From NCBI GenBank assembly GCA_964234715.1, contig OZ174277.1: 64,000 nt of DNA; one strand, 5' to 3'. Below the pieces are notes generated by a model. It ran no database searches and had not been told where the DNA came from. It saw nothing but the letters and a program-made list of their open reading frames with translations. Position numbers and translations under genes: made by a program. This document shows positions 12,001 to 27,000 of this stretch, piece after piece (positions within the stretch are counted from its first letter, which is position 1; each line of letters opens with the position of its first letter). The DNA is from Podarcis melisellensis. Lineage: Eukaryota.

Positions 12001-15000
12001 GTATATTCAGTTTAAAACTGACATTCAGTGTTAAGTTTATTATTAAATATTTAGAACTCAACATTTGCATCAAATTTTCAGGTGTTCAAAGGGGTTCCCA
12101 TTCATTATCATATTTATGATAACCCTGTAAGATAAATCAGTATTAACATAGGGGGAGACTAAGGATGAAAGGCAGTAGCTTGCTTAAGACTGTCTCGTGA
12201 ACTCATAACAGACAAGTTTAGAACTGAGAAAGACTTTCCTCCCTGAAAGAGAGGGGAGTGGTTGTGGGCGGGAGCCCGAGCACCGCCCAGCAGGGGGCGT
12301 TGCCCCCTGCCTCCAGCTCACCTGGCTGGCGCTCATGCCCCCTCCGGTGGCTACCCAACCAGGTGCCGCGGTGGGGGCGTGTTCAGCAGCCTTTTGCTGC
12401 AGCGTCAGCCTTTCCCTGGCCTCATTCCTCGTCGTCGTCCCATCACGAGTCACCCACCCTCCACTCCCTTTTAGTTAGGGCTTAGGTCATTGGCCTTGCT
12501 ATGGACCTTAGGTTGGTTGCCCGGGGGGCCTGGTAGGAGTTTTTCCATTTGGCAATAGGCTTTTTGGTTTTTTCGCCTACCTCGTAGCAATCGTCACAAC
12601 TTTTGTGGTATTGGTGGGTAGGTTAGGCATTGGAATAATGTGTTGTGGTGTGTCGAAGTGCTAGGTGTGGCCATCGCCTATGCCTTCAATTTTTAGGGGT
12701 ATTCCGTTAAAGGAATCTGGCGGTTGTGTATTCTGTCCGATGCTGCTTGGCGGGAGGCCATGGCACGACCCGTGGTGACAGCAGGGGTGAGCCTATAGTT
12801 GGATTAGCATCAACAGGTGATGAACCCCTGGTGAATAAACCCACTTGTTTCGATCCAATGCCTAAGCCAATACCTTTTCATTGCTGTAATCAATAAAGTT
12901 GTGGCCTTTTCTAGCCCATTAACCTTATATCACGTGTCCTTGTGTCTTCATTTCACTTCGCGGGGGTCGGGCCCTCGAACCACAATTTCCTGATTCTTGA
13001 CTTTGCTTACAAGGGATTGCATTACCATCCCATGCCCTAAAGGTCTTCATCAAACTCATAGTGGCAGTGGTAGCACACTTCTGCATGGAAGACCATCCAC
13101 ATGTATGTTTACCCGGATGACCTGTACAAAGAGCCCTTCAACATATTAATATCAGACTAGCCACCCTAAGTGATCATGGGTTCCTAGTGAAAAGGGTACT
13201 TATTCTTTTCAGGAAGAGTATAGCACCTAGGAGTGCTAGTCCTAGCCAAAAAGTAAAAAATAGTTTTGGTAGCGTACAAATAATGATTATCTAAAGATGT
13301 ACACAGTGTGCTGTTTTTCTGATATTTTCAGAACAAGGCACTGAAGAAGTAAAAAAGCTGCTTCTACTCCTTCTTGGATGTGCAGTTCAGGTGAGCTCTC
13401 AATTATACAACCGCTCGTGATATTCACTTAAAGGTAGCAAGCTGCCTTATACCGAGTCAGAGTACTGGTTCAACCAAACTGGCAGAGGTTCTCTAGAGTG
13501 TTCAGACAGAAATCTTCTCCATTCCTACTGGATATATGACAGCAATTGAAACTGGGACCTTCTGCATGCAGAAAGAGGGGGAAATGCTGTTGTGCCCAGG
13601 TCCTGTAGTTTAACCAAGAATGGAAGCAAAAGCTTTTGAATTCCTCCAACCACATGGAGGAAGGAAAAGAGGGAAGTGTGTGAATCTAGGAGGAGGCTAG
13701 ACTTGTTCACATAGTTTGGTATGATATCTGAATGTAACTGTTGTGTCTAGGTACTCAGTTATTGTTAATGAGACCTTTAGATATTTCAGTATGCCTAACA
13801 GATAACATTTTAGGTCTTCTTGAGCTATTATGTTTAGCCAATTGTAATGTTAATTTTGGTTAATATCTGTGTTTTAGTGTCAGAAGAAAGAAGAATTCAT
13901 TGAAAGAATCCAAAGTTTAGACTTTGATATAAGAGCTGCTGTTGCTGCCCATATACAAGAGGTATTATCTGGTTTTCTACTACTAAAATCTTATCTATAT
14001 ATGGATTTTGGAGGCAGCCTTCCATTTTGATTTTTTTTTTCAGAAGAATATAAATTATAGTTACTACAGATTATGAAGCCAATATGATACACAGAACACA
14101 CTGTAAATCTCTGTAAAATTAGAAAAAATACATTTAAAATGTTTCTGAAACAAGTCTTTTTCATCTTTTAATACTAAGTATCTACCCAGGTAACAACTTT
14201 AATCACAATGAATGAATGCAAGACATGACATTTCAGTAATTTTAGGGAAGGGAGATTCAAACCAACTGATGAATTTGAGAGTTTATCTGTATTGTGATTT
14301 AAAAAAAGAGTGTGAACAAGGGTGTGCACAAGATAAGAGCCAAAAAGTCTTGGGAGAAAAAAATCATGAGTCAATTTTAGTTTCAACTTTAAAAAGCCAT
14401 AAAGGTGGTATGCTAGAAAGGTACATGACTGCTAAGAGTATTCAGATATGGTTTAAAGAGATGTTATTGTTGTTGGTACCTGTATTTGTGTTAACTACCA
14501 CTAGTCCTTAATAGCAGTTGAGGAATTTTTCATTTTAAAAATAAAATGGAGTAGATTTTTTTCATTTGATTTATAGACGGCTTAATATTAAAAAAATCTC
14601 TTAAGTGGTTTACAGTAATTTTACTTCTAAACAGAGATGGTTTTAATGTGGTAAATAAAATTATTTAAAAATAAGATACGCGCTAAGGCTGTAATCAATA
14701 TCTTCATTCTTGAAGGATGAGCCAAGTGAAACTATTCCCAAATCACTGGATTTTTCTTGGACTAAGTGGTACGGATTTCAGAATGTTCCTTAAAATGTAT
14801 TTAAGGTTATGAATCTTTGTTTCTTAAAGCTGACATGGACTTCAAATCTTTTGCTCCACATTAGGTTACATTCTGTTAGCACATCTTTTCATAGTCTTAT
14901 CATTGAAACAGCACAGTTTTCACTTTATTGTTATTTATCATATGCAGGTAACTCATAATCAGGAAAATGTGTTTGATCTCCAGTGGATGGATGACAGTGC

Positions 15001-18000
15001 TCTGTCACATGACTGTATTGAGTCTCTCCTAAAAAATATGGCATTGCATTTAAAAAGGCTTATAGATGAGCGAGATGAGCATTCTGAGGTATGTGTCGTA
15101 CTAGTTTTCCCCTTCTGCTAATGGATTTTTAGTTCTTAAAGAAGTGTGTTAATTAGAAAAAAGCCTGGGAGTATAACTGCTCAACTATTTGCAAATACTG
15201 AAATTTGATAGATTTGTATATTTTGTTGATGTGTAGGTACACGTGGCCCCTTTCAGTGGTTATGTTTTTAATATTACACTTCTTTAAAAACAACAGCCAG
15301 CTTTTGCCTTAGTGCTGAAAATAGCTGGCAGCTAAAAGCAACAATTGACCGGTTTGCACATCACATTAAACCATAGCTTAAAACAAACTATGGCTTTAAG
15401 TGACTGAACATAGTTCTGATGGACTCCTGAGAAGTTCATGTAGCACTCTTCCCCTGCTCTTACTGCTGCCATTAGACTACAGAAATACGTTTTTTAATTG
15501 TCTTCTTCTCAGTTCTCTAAACTGAGTGGTATTGACAGATGAGCATCTTGGCCTTGAAAAATATGGGTTAAATTCACACACACCTACTTATGGACTCAGA
15601 GGCAAGAATACAGAAAATCAGTTATCTAGTGTCATGGACTGGCTGGATGCAGAGGAGTAGTGGGAGCACCAGCTGGGGAACTCCTTAAGGATCCCCCAGG
15701 GAAGAAGGCTCGGGTCCAGGGGATTGGTGGTGGGACGGTGATGAATGGTCAGAGGGGAGAAGGAGCAGACTGGGAGAAGAAGGAGGAGGTCTTAGCAGCA
15801 GGAGAGGTCACAGGGTTTAGTGAACAGGAGGAATCTGTGGCAGAGAGCAGAGGGTGGCCAAGAGGCAGAGTGGAGACAAGCTGCTGAAGAATCCAGGGAG
15901 TCTCCCCCTCCTGCTGCATCCAACTGCTCTCCTTGAACTCACAGAGAAATGAAACAGGCAGAACAGAGAGTGTGTGTGTGCAGGCACAGCCTGAGCTGGG
16001 AAAGACACTGGGGAGGAGGAATCCTAGTGGACACTGGGAAGGCAGGGACCTTCAGTCTTTGCAACTGCTTCATTGGGGCAAGACCTAGAAAGAGTTACTG
16101 AGACCAGTAGGCGTGAGCTGTAGTTTGTTTCCTTAAATAAAAATTTAACTACCCTGGCCTCGGGTGACACCCCCCCCCCCCAATTGCTGACCTATATCTA
16201 GCTCCTGCCCTGACATGCTTATGTGGTAATCAAAGCTTTCATGTTGTATCTTAGACTATCATAGAACTCTCTGAAGAACGAGACTCTCTTCATTTTCTAC
16301 CTCATGCATCAGCAGCACAATCACCTTGTGGATCTCCAGGCATGAAGCGCACTGAAAGTAGGCAGCACTTATCAGTGGAACTAGCAGATGCCAAAGCAAA
16401 GATCAGAAGGCTTAGACAAGAGCTGTAAGTACACTATGAAGAGTGCTAGGCGGTAATGAGAAACTGTGGGCCCTTGGGGAAGTAGTGTAGAAATAGCCTT
16501 TTTAGCTTGAAGTTTTATTTTATTAGTATCTGTGTTATATATGCTGCTGTAGTTGTGTATCAGACTTGTGTATGTGGTTAGTTAACAGTTTATTCTTATT
16601 TTCAGTTCATATAGTTGGTAAGATGGAAAATAATGCTTAAAGTATCTTACATTCTTATAAGCGCTTCCAAATTCACCTTCTGTCTTATCTCAGTTACAAT
16701 ACTCCTAGGGTCAGGGTGTTTGAGTTGAACTTTCAAGTAAACAAGTGTAGATTTTGAATGATAAGTCACTTGGTGACTTCAATATGACTTCCAGTTATAT
16801 GAATGTAGAACTGCAGCATAATTCTGTTGTGCTTACGCAGAGAAATATAAGCATTTTTGCAGTTTGGCTCCTCTCTTTTCCAATGGTGTATTGGTGGTTT
16901 TGCAGGAATGAATTTCTGGATGAGTTCAGTATTTTTATAAAAAGATACGCAAGCACTTTGCACACATATTCAGGCTTGCAATCATTTTTCTTTTCTGAAG
17001 GTCAGTATCAAAAGTTCCTTAGTCTTTTGGTGATGGCTTGTGAAGTGGTGTGAAGTACAGGCTTTTCTGCGTAGATTCGGGGAAAGCATTGGAACCTGAG
17101 TTTGTTGCAGGATGTGGTCCCTATGTTTATATATCCCTTTTTGCTGTCTTTTGTTGTGGGTAAATAACTTTTAAATTAAGGGAGTATCTCTAAGCAAGGA
17201 CAGGCTTACCACTCAAAGGTCATAGAGATGGAAGGGACCCAGAGGGTCATCTATTCCAACCCCCTATAAAGGCTCTTTTGAGAGATTTTGGACTGGACTG
17301 GACTAGAGAACACTGGACCTTTGGAGTTATGCTAAATGGCTACTAATTTAACAGCCTTATCCCAAAAGGTTAAGAGTAAATGTTAGCTGACAAATTTGTA
17401 AGAAGTTGTTGTTGTTGTTGGTGGTGGTGGTGTTTTTAAGTTGGCATTTGGTCTGTCATTCCCCTTCCTCTTCCATAGGGGAAGAATTTGACAATCCTGA
17501 CCATCTGTGTGGCCTTAAAACATTTCTTGAATAAAAGAATACAAGACTGCTCTGAACTGGAACTGACTTTTTAAAAAATTACCTAAAGGGGTGGTAGTTG
17601 GAGGCAGAAAATGTCCAGGAACAGTGGTATAGAAAAACAAGAATTTAGGGCAGTACAGCTCTGGTACTTTTGTCACAGCAGGATGACAGCACCATCCTTG
17701 CCATGGTTGTTTTATGGTTGACAGCTGATCCTAATAAATTCGTTATTCTACTGTCTCTGCTGCTTTTGGGGATTAGTAATGAAGCAACAAAGCTGCCTGC
17801 ACTTCTAGATTCTCCTTGGAGGTGTGACTGTGGACTTTTTGGTTTATAGCTAATGAAGGCTGTCATGAAGAGTGCCTACACTTTAAAATTTACCCCATCC
17901 CACTGACTTCGAAATCTACTGCCAGAAGCCACTATCTAAGTCTATTATACCAAATTCTAGGGTGTTTCCGCCAACCTTTATCAGCTAGGATTTTCAAGGG

Positions 18001-21000
18001 TCTAACTTGGAACTAGTCACCTCCTTTCTTCCAGACATTGAATACTTATTGGTGACTGACAATGAAGTAAGCCTTCTAAGTAAGATTAATCTTTGGATAT
18101 TATACACTCAGTTCTGAATCTGCAAACAAATCGGTTTTGTGTCAGTTTTCCTGAGTAAAGGATTTATTTGCAAAATATGTGGCAAATGCACGATAGCTGG
18201 CAGAAGGTGACAGCCCCCGGTGGGGTCAGCTTAGGTTAATGAAGTTGTTTTGCACTCAGCAACAGTTGTACTGGATGGCTATACATTTGTTTGCCATTAC
18301 CATGCCACAATAGTGTTTTAAAATCACCTTATTTTTGGTTTTTAAAAATCCGTAAAAACAAGTGTTATCATCACATCCCTCAAATCAGGGTGTTGTGTTA
18401 GAAGAAATTTCTGCTTATTCTATCAGCTTTAACCTAAGTTACCCAACAGCTGTTCTGTAATTGTCTGGCCTTCTATTTAATTTTCTGATGTGTGCCATAT
18501 GGTGCTGGGAACTTTGCCATTTGAATAATGGGAGGGTGTGCCTTTATGCCAGTGCCTGAGGTCAGCGCTCGATGACACCCCACTCAACTGGGCTATTAAC
18601 AGTGTGTCCCCTTTGAGTGGTATGCCTTCTGAGCTTTCTGGAATCCAGCCACATGCATGTGTGTTCACTTGCTTTGTCTCATACACTGGGCTGCATGACA
18701 ACTATGATGCTGCTCTCAAATGATAAAGTCCTATCCTGCCATTCATTGAACAGGTTATAGCATCAAGACAATAGCACTCAAATCTGAGAGTTAGTGTTGA
18801 ATTGCCATTGTAGGAACTGCAGACCAGTGTTTTGAATCGTAGCCCAGCCATGAACTCTGTGAGTGGCCTTAATAGACCCATATGAAATCTCAGTTATTCA
18901 TCCCCATAATTGTGTGCAAGATGTGATTCAAACACACTATAAATTGCAAGGTTTATTATTACCTGTTACCAAGACTAATGCAACCATCTTAGAGTTTTGT
19001 TATGGAACAAACATACTAGCAAAAGCTCAATGCATACTGGGCAACCATTTAGAGACTGAATGACTAAGAAAACAGGGTAATCCAGGGTAGAACTTCTTTC
19101 CCAACTGCCCGTCAAAAGTTGATTGTATATCAAGTACCTATCTGGAACAGTTGTGAGCACATGATGTTGCTCAGATTCCATCCAATTATATTAATAACTT
19201 TAGTGACTTCACTTTGGTTGATTGTTGTGTGTTTCATCACTGATTTTTGCACTGGACTGCAGCAGTGATAGTCTGGGTGAGTTCCAGTGGTTTTCATCAA
19301 ATAATACAATAGAGGACAAACATAATATTGGGACATTTACAGGATACCTATACCTGCTAAGTATACTAAGAATGATGTAATTCTTACAAAAGAGTTTTGA
19401 CTATACAGTATCTTCTAAAACTGACAGAGTTAATTGTTATCTCACTTCAACTCTCTCTCTGCCCCACAAGCATACACAAAGTAATATACCGTATTTTAGT
19501 CATCATGAGCACTGGAATATAAGAGAAACAGATCTCATTTTCTGATGTGTGGATTATTACATGTCTGTTGAAGTGAGCTTACTCAAGATATTCTGTAAAC
19601 AGCTGCACTAGGAAAATTAATGCAAATTGCTGTTATTAATTTGACTGGCAGTTAATAGACTAAACAGTGCACACTGCTGCATTCTGTATAATTAAAAACA
19701 AATCATTTTATACTGTAGTTGAAGCACACAATTGGAAGTATAGACATCACTGAGAACATGTTACCACGTTTGCAGTGTGTTGGATTTATTTACAAATAAA
19801 GTTACAAATAAAATGCTAAATTTATTGATTAAGTTGTTTTTAGTAGTTAGTACTACTGAACCCTGTAAATTACATTCCACTTAAAATTGCATATACAACA
19901 AGAAACTGATTTACAGCAGTACCTTGGGTTACAGACGCTTCAGGTTACAGATTCCACTAACCCAGAAATAGTACCTCGGGTTAAGAACTTTGCTTCAGGA
20001 TGAGACCAGAAATCGTGCGGTAGTGGCGGGAGGCCTCATTAGCTAAAGTGGTACCTCAGGTTAAGAACAGTTTCAGGTTAAGAACGGACCTCCAGAACCC
20101 AAAGTGTTTGTAACCCAAGGTGTTTGTAACCTGAGGTAGCACTGTACTTATCTTAGGAAACTGCCTTATATCAAGTCAGAATGTTGATCCCTCAAGTCAG
20201 CATAGTCTGACTAGCAGTGTCTCTTAAGGTTTCAGGCAGGAAACATTTCCAGCCTACCTGGAGATGCCTGGGATTGAACATAGATATAACCTTCTGATCT
20301 ATGTCCCTTCCTCTCAGAGTTCATGTTCTGGTTCCATTTACAGCTTTCTCTACTAACTGCAATAGTGTTTGCTGGTATTTTCACATCTTTGTCTCTCTTG
20401 CATTTTTCATATCTCAGTCACAGCTCTTTTAAACTCTTATATATATTATTTCAACTCCCCATCCCAACCAGTCAGAATGCGAGTAGAGTCCTGAAAGTTT
20501 TTAGTCTCCAGTAGCTCTTTCTGTTCCCCCCTAAAATGTGTAACACTCAGTTTCCTCAAGTTCCTGTACTGACTATTTGACCATTCTGGTCAGCACAGCC
20601 TATTTAATAAAAGGGAGCAGTGCTTTTATAACAAACAACATAACATACAATGATGGAACCTTCTCCCTATTGCATTAATTGAAAAGTCTTTTCTGAGGGA
20701 TTGTGAACTGTAGTATTTGGTGAGGATTGCCAAAAATTGGGCAGAGACACTTTGGGCAAGCTGAGGGTTCCCTGATTACAATTCCAGTGCCTTTTATTTT
20801 TGTCTAGTTGATGACTGAAGGGTCTTACAGTGATTCAGCGATAAATGTTTCATTAAAAAAAACCCACATGTATGGAGATTTAAGGAGCAATTACTATAAA
20901 AACATGTTTGTGTGTATCCTTGCAAGTTATTTTTCTCAAACTTAACTCTATGTACAGGAATCTTTTATATAATGTCAGATTTAGACTGTGATTTTCTAAT

Positions 21001-24000
21001 CTTCAATAATTTGGATATCTTACCTTCATTTTGATGAAGCTTGAATTAAATTTCCATTGGGCATGTAAAAATTCATAATAAACTTGGATTCTTTGTAGTA
21101 TGTATAAGGATAGGAAGAGAACATTTATTTACACAACCTTGCAGAAGTAGATCAGAGGATAATAATTGACATTTTTATCATTAGACATTGAAAATAAAGC
21201 ATATATGATGTGACTGTTGACTAGGGTTTGCGTGCTTTTTAGTGAACTTTTGTAGTCCTGCTTTTTAGCAGTAGTTCAAGCTTAAGGAATTGGCAGGTGA
21301 AACTTTCCTATTTGAAAAGTAGGCAATCTGATCCATTTGATATTCCATATATGCTAGTAGGCTTTATGCAATTCTTTATTTGGTTTTAAAAAGCAGAGCT
21401 AATATCCCTTATTGCAGTGGTCCCCAATTGGTGATCCATAGGCCTCAGGGGGTCCAGTGTAACCCACCCGGGGGGGGGGGTCACAGAATCATAGACCATG
21501 GCCCATACCAGTCAACTGGGGAGGGGGGCTATTGGGTTGCTGTTTTTATTTTGATTATGTATTTTGTGGTTTTATATCTTGATTTTATTCTGTAAACTGC
21601 CTTGAGACCTCCAGTTATAGGACGGTATATACATTCAATATATTTTTTAAAAAAATTACACACATACACACACACACACTGTCCAAGCATCCCGTTTCAC
21701 AGTGCCCAAAACCACATGAGATCGCAGGGCCCCAAAAAACACATTTTTGGGCGCTGTGCTCTCTCGCAGGACTGCAGTCCGGAAGATGCGCACCATAGTT
21801 TTGTGCTGGGACATGTTGGAGATATCAACATTTTCAAAAGCAGGGGATCCTAGTTAATTGGGAACCACTGTTTTTCTTGATATGCTGTTAACTTTTGAAG
21901 GAAATCTGTGATCCCCAGGTAAAGAGCAAGCCTGTGTTCATGAGAAAGATGTTAGATAAATTGTACTCACTAAGCTGCAAACCTACAGGGAGTACTGAAA
22001 CTAAAGAAAAGTGTATTGTCAAGAAAAGTCATAGAAGCAGGGAGGGGACCTTTTTGCCTGCAGTTTTTGCTTCAGAACACCCCACACCACTCTCCCCCAT
22101 CAAGTTAAAAAATGCATGTGATGTGTTGGTGGGGTTGGGGGGAAGTGACTTAGAGTGCAGAGAGTTAAGCACACTCCCAGCTCTTCCTTGTTCATGGTTG
22201 ATGAATCCAGGAGTTGGGTTTTTTTGAAAGACAAACAAAAAGCACCCTTCAGGGGTTATAGGCATCTGAAGTATAAATTCTGGTGTGAACTATGAAGGGG
22301 AAGTCTATTCATTTTGTTCTGTCCCTTTCTTCTTTACTTCCTGTTTTTAATTAAATAATTTTATTTTTAGTGAGGAGAAGACAGAACAGTTACTGGATTG
22401 TAAACAAGAACTGGAACAAATTGAAGTTGAATTGAAAAGACTGCAACAAGAGGTTTGGAAATTAAAGATAACTTCTCAGGCCATTGTGCTTAGATTAAGT
22501 ATATTTATTTGTGTTTATCAGTTTAATTAATTACATGTGTTGTCATGCTCCAAGCTAGGACCCTGGATTAAATAGGTTTTTGTGCTAAGGAGCTCTGGGT
22601 TCTGCCTCAAGTCCATATTTTGGTGTTTTTGGATGCAGTATTTTCCTGCTCTACTTGAGGTTCATTCAAATGTTTGGCCAATATGATATTATAAATTGTA
22701 TGAACCCTGTGTTGAAAAGTGTTTCCAAAAACATGGAAGAATAAAACTGACATGTTGAAAAAACAATTGGCATTACTTTTATAATGGGTTGTTATTGATT
22801 TCATCAGACTTTAATGACAAGTCATCAAACATAACTTGATTCCTACAGTTTAATTGAGTTTAAAGCAAGCAGAGGATGTTTGTGAAACTGGACATTGGAC
22901 AACTCAGTCTCCTCAAGGGAATAAATCCTTTGAAGAGGAACATTACAGCATTGAAATTGCCTCAACACTTTTATATACATATAAGAAATAACACAGTTAT
23001 CCTGGGATTAAGATAATTATTTGATTACCACCTTTTCTGTAAAACTAGCAATCGTGTTACAGTAATTGTTTCAAAATTTCAGTGAGAAGGCGAATTTCCA
23101 GCTAAATAATGAGATTAATAATATATTGGGGCTTCAGTTTTCCCCACAATTACTTTGAAGCAAACCTCATTGAAGTCATGCTTATTTCCATGTAAACTTG
23201 CATAGGATTGAATTGCATGCAACGCATGCAGATTTCATACATGGATCTGAATGCATTTTGTGTTTTGCTTCTCATTGCCTTTAGTATTTTGAATAGCTTA
23301 GTGTCATTCTCCAAGCTTTAATTTTGTCATCTTGCATGAAAACTCAGTGTTGCTCACTGCAGATCTGTAATGTCAATGTTTTCTTCTACAAAACAATTAA
23401 TAATTAAATATGTTTGTTTTGTTTGCTAGAATATGAATTTGCTTTCAGATGCCCGTTCTGCCAGGGTGTACCGTGATGAACTTGATGCTCTCAGAGAGAA
23501 GGCAATCAGGGTTGACAAGCTTGAAAGTGAAGTCAGTCGGTATAAGGAGAGGCTACACGATATTGAATTCTACAAGGCTAGAGTAGAGGTGACTTGAAAT
23601 TCAAACATTAAAAATTAAAGGTTTTATTTGTTAATAGCTTCTGAATCTGGTTGTTTTGAAGTACTAGTTTTCACGTAATGGAAAGCTATGACTAACTGTA
23701 ACTTCCTAGTTTCTTTCCCTGCTTGTATGATTCGGGAGCAAAGCAGTTTCATACTAGGGGTTGTATACAGGCACACAAAACTTGTGCATGTCAGTCACTT
23801 AGTCCTACCCTTCTGTACTGGAGGTTTGTTTGTTTGTTTGTTTGTTTGTTTGTTTGTTTTTATTGTTAGGGATTTTGGTGTTTGGATTTATTTATTTTTA
23901 AGATTTTTATTACCATTTTTCATAATACAATAAAACATAGAAAAGTAATGTAGAGAAAAATCAAAAACAGGGTCAGGAGCAAATCAGCCATAAATCATAT

Positions 24001-27000
24001 GATGTAGGTGAAGTTAACTCCTTACTAGAAAAAACAGGATCTGCTAAGGAGTGCCAGGCCTAATGTGCACAACAATGCTTTGGTAGATATTGCCTCTATG
24101 AGGCAATTATGGAGACTGGAGGTCCCCGCCCTCCCACAGCTGCCTAAGCCTCCTCCTCTCCCCAGGTCCTTCCCAAGCATCTGAGACTACGCCAACGTGC
24201 CTATCTGTGCTCCTTCTGCTTCCTACCTCTCCTGGACCTGGAAGACCAGAGGGGAGGGGAGTCGGTTGCAGCAAGGCAGGGAAAAACCATTGCTTTTTCA
24301 CTGGCTGACTCGTCTCTGCCTCTTGGCCCTCCTCCTTTCCTGCTTCTGCCTCTGCTTCTGCTTCTGGACTTCTATCTGCCACAGACTCTCCCTGCTCACT
24401 TAAGCCTGTTACCTCTTGAACTCCCAACACCACCACTTCCCAGGTTTCTCCTTTTGACTTCTCATTGTATTCCCACCACCAATCCCTGGGCTCTAAGCCT
24501 CCGTCCCTAAGGGGTTCCCCAGCCAGTGCCTCCCACCATTGAGCTGCCTCCAGCTAGTTCATGACATACAGGTACAAAAAGTACATATAGAATTGGAGTC
24601 TTCTCTTAAAGATAGTTGTTAAACTTTACTATCCAGAGAATGTAATATCTCCTCCCAGCCTCTCACCCTGGGAGACCAACATACCCAGGGTCTCTCCATC
24701 TACCATCCCCATGAGTGTATAATCCTTGGACCCCAATAATGCTTCAAGCAGAGGACTTGGTGTTTGAATTTAGAATCTGTTTCTGTGACTTCCAAAGTGG
24801 ATTCTGAATATTAACACAATTTTAGCTCAGGGGTCAGAATGATGTAGCTGTAACCGTCAGGAGGTCCTACACACGAGTAGGAGTCCAGCAGAGACACATC
24901 CCCGACTGGCATGTTCTCTCCCTCCAGGTCGGTCGTTTGGGAGATTCAAAAGCTTTCTCCAGCCCGAACATCGCAGGGACAGATACCAAGAGGCATCAGC
25001 ACACTTCAGGATCAGCAGAGTATAGGCAGTCAGCGTTCAGACTCAGTTGCGCAGCTTTTTGGCTAAACTACATTTATTTACATATATACACTTGGAGCAT
25101 CGTAACTCAGCTCCTTCCTCTTCAGCATCAGACAGCAAAGGGAAGGAATAAAGGACAAAAATCCTACATCACAGAAACACAGTAATAAAAACATCCTGTC
25201 TCCGTCACTTCCCAAAATGTGGAATGAAAACATACACTGTCATGTGATAAAAACAATCCCATGACTGCAACACTGGGAATGAATCCTAACAGTTAACTTC
25301 ATCAAACTTTTATGTGTGTGACACAACTCTGTTAAAAGCTTAATTCAGCAAATTATCACTTTTGTTCAGTTCATGCCATTTTTATGTTCTTTGACACAGT
25401 GATCCTCAGCTTCAATTTTCTTTCTGATTATTGTAGGAGCTAAAAGAAGATAATCAAGTACTGCTAGAAACAAAGACAATGTTGGAAGATCAGTTGGAGG
25501 GAACCCGAGCTCGTTCTGATAAATTGCACGAACTGGAAAAGGAAAACTTACAGTTAAAGGCAAAACTTCATGATATGGAAACGGTGAGCATACAACATGA
25601 GACATCAGATGTGTAGGTTTTAAAAACAGAATTAATTATTATAGGGGACATCCAGTGATACTTGCCTATTTGCTTAGCGGGACTTCCTACCTGTGTGTTC
25701 CAGATCTGCTCTGAAGAGTCCCCTAACTCTGGACTCCTGCTGCATGAGCAAAAGCCTGCTCACGTGACATTGAATGTCACTCTATGAATCTGCTAAACCA
25801 TGGTTTGTTAACATACACAGAATGTTGGCTTTATATTGAATCAGGCAGTTGGTTTATCCAGCTTAGTACTCTCCAGAGTTTTGGACAAGAGGATTTCCAG
25901 CCTGGAGATTTCAGGGATTGAAACTAGGGCCTTTTGTATGCAAAGTATGTGCTCTTCCACTTAAATATTGCCCTTCTACTAACATCATCTTTACTAAAAC
26001 AATTAAAAAAGTTATTTATGATACTATGTGGTGCTTGATTTTTTTTTAAAATCAACCAGTTTTATTTATTTTTATTATTTGTTTGCTTGCTTGCTTTTTT
26101 CTTAAAAAACAAGGATGTTTGACATAGAATGATTTTGGTAACACACTGTATTGATATAACATTCATTTAAAAAATGGTTGATTTTTAAAAAATATGTTTT
26201 CAAGGATAGGATAGCATAGCATGATAATCTTTAACATCTGATAATATGATTGTATATACAGGGGGAGACCATTTTAGGTGCGCCCAATTGACATGTGATT
26301 GCCAACGCACAGGTCCTTTTGTATCTGGAAGAAGGCAGAATGTTTGGGTGTGGGCAGGGAGTGCTTATGCACTCTCTACCGGCATAAGTTTAAATAGGTC
26401 TTTTTTCCACTGCTAACACTAGATCAAGATCCTTTAACATAAAAAGATTTAAGTCAGTAGCATTTTGCAAAAAATTGTTACTGAAATAGGTTTGTGCACT
26501 TTGAGAAGAACTTTTAAAGAGTTTTCCCCCCATGTAAACAATGTTTAAGGAACGTGATATGGACCGGAAGAAAATTGAGGAACTTATGGAGGAAAATATG
26601 ACACTTGAAATGGCTCAGAAGCAAAGTATGGATGAATCACTGCATTTGGGCTGGGAACTTGAACAAATAAACAGATCATCCGAACTTTCTGAAGGTAGAT
26701 GAAGATTTAATTCTGCGTTTTCTTATTTTCTTCTGTTTATATGGGAAATAGGCAACTGAACATTGCAAATTCTCCACATGCTGTAAACAGATATCCTGTA
26801 AACAGTTCTCCTTGGATGGGCCCAAAGATGTAGCCATGTGAACAAAGTAATATGGCTCAACAATAGGTGAACCATAGGTGTAGTTTGGTGTTTGGGCTGG
26901 GATAGCTAAATATATAATAGAGTGGTACCTCGGGTTACATACGCTTCAGGTACAGACTCCGCTAACCCAGAAATAGTGCTTCAGGTTAAGAACTTTGCTT

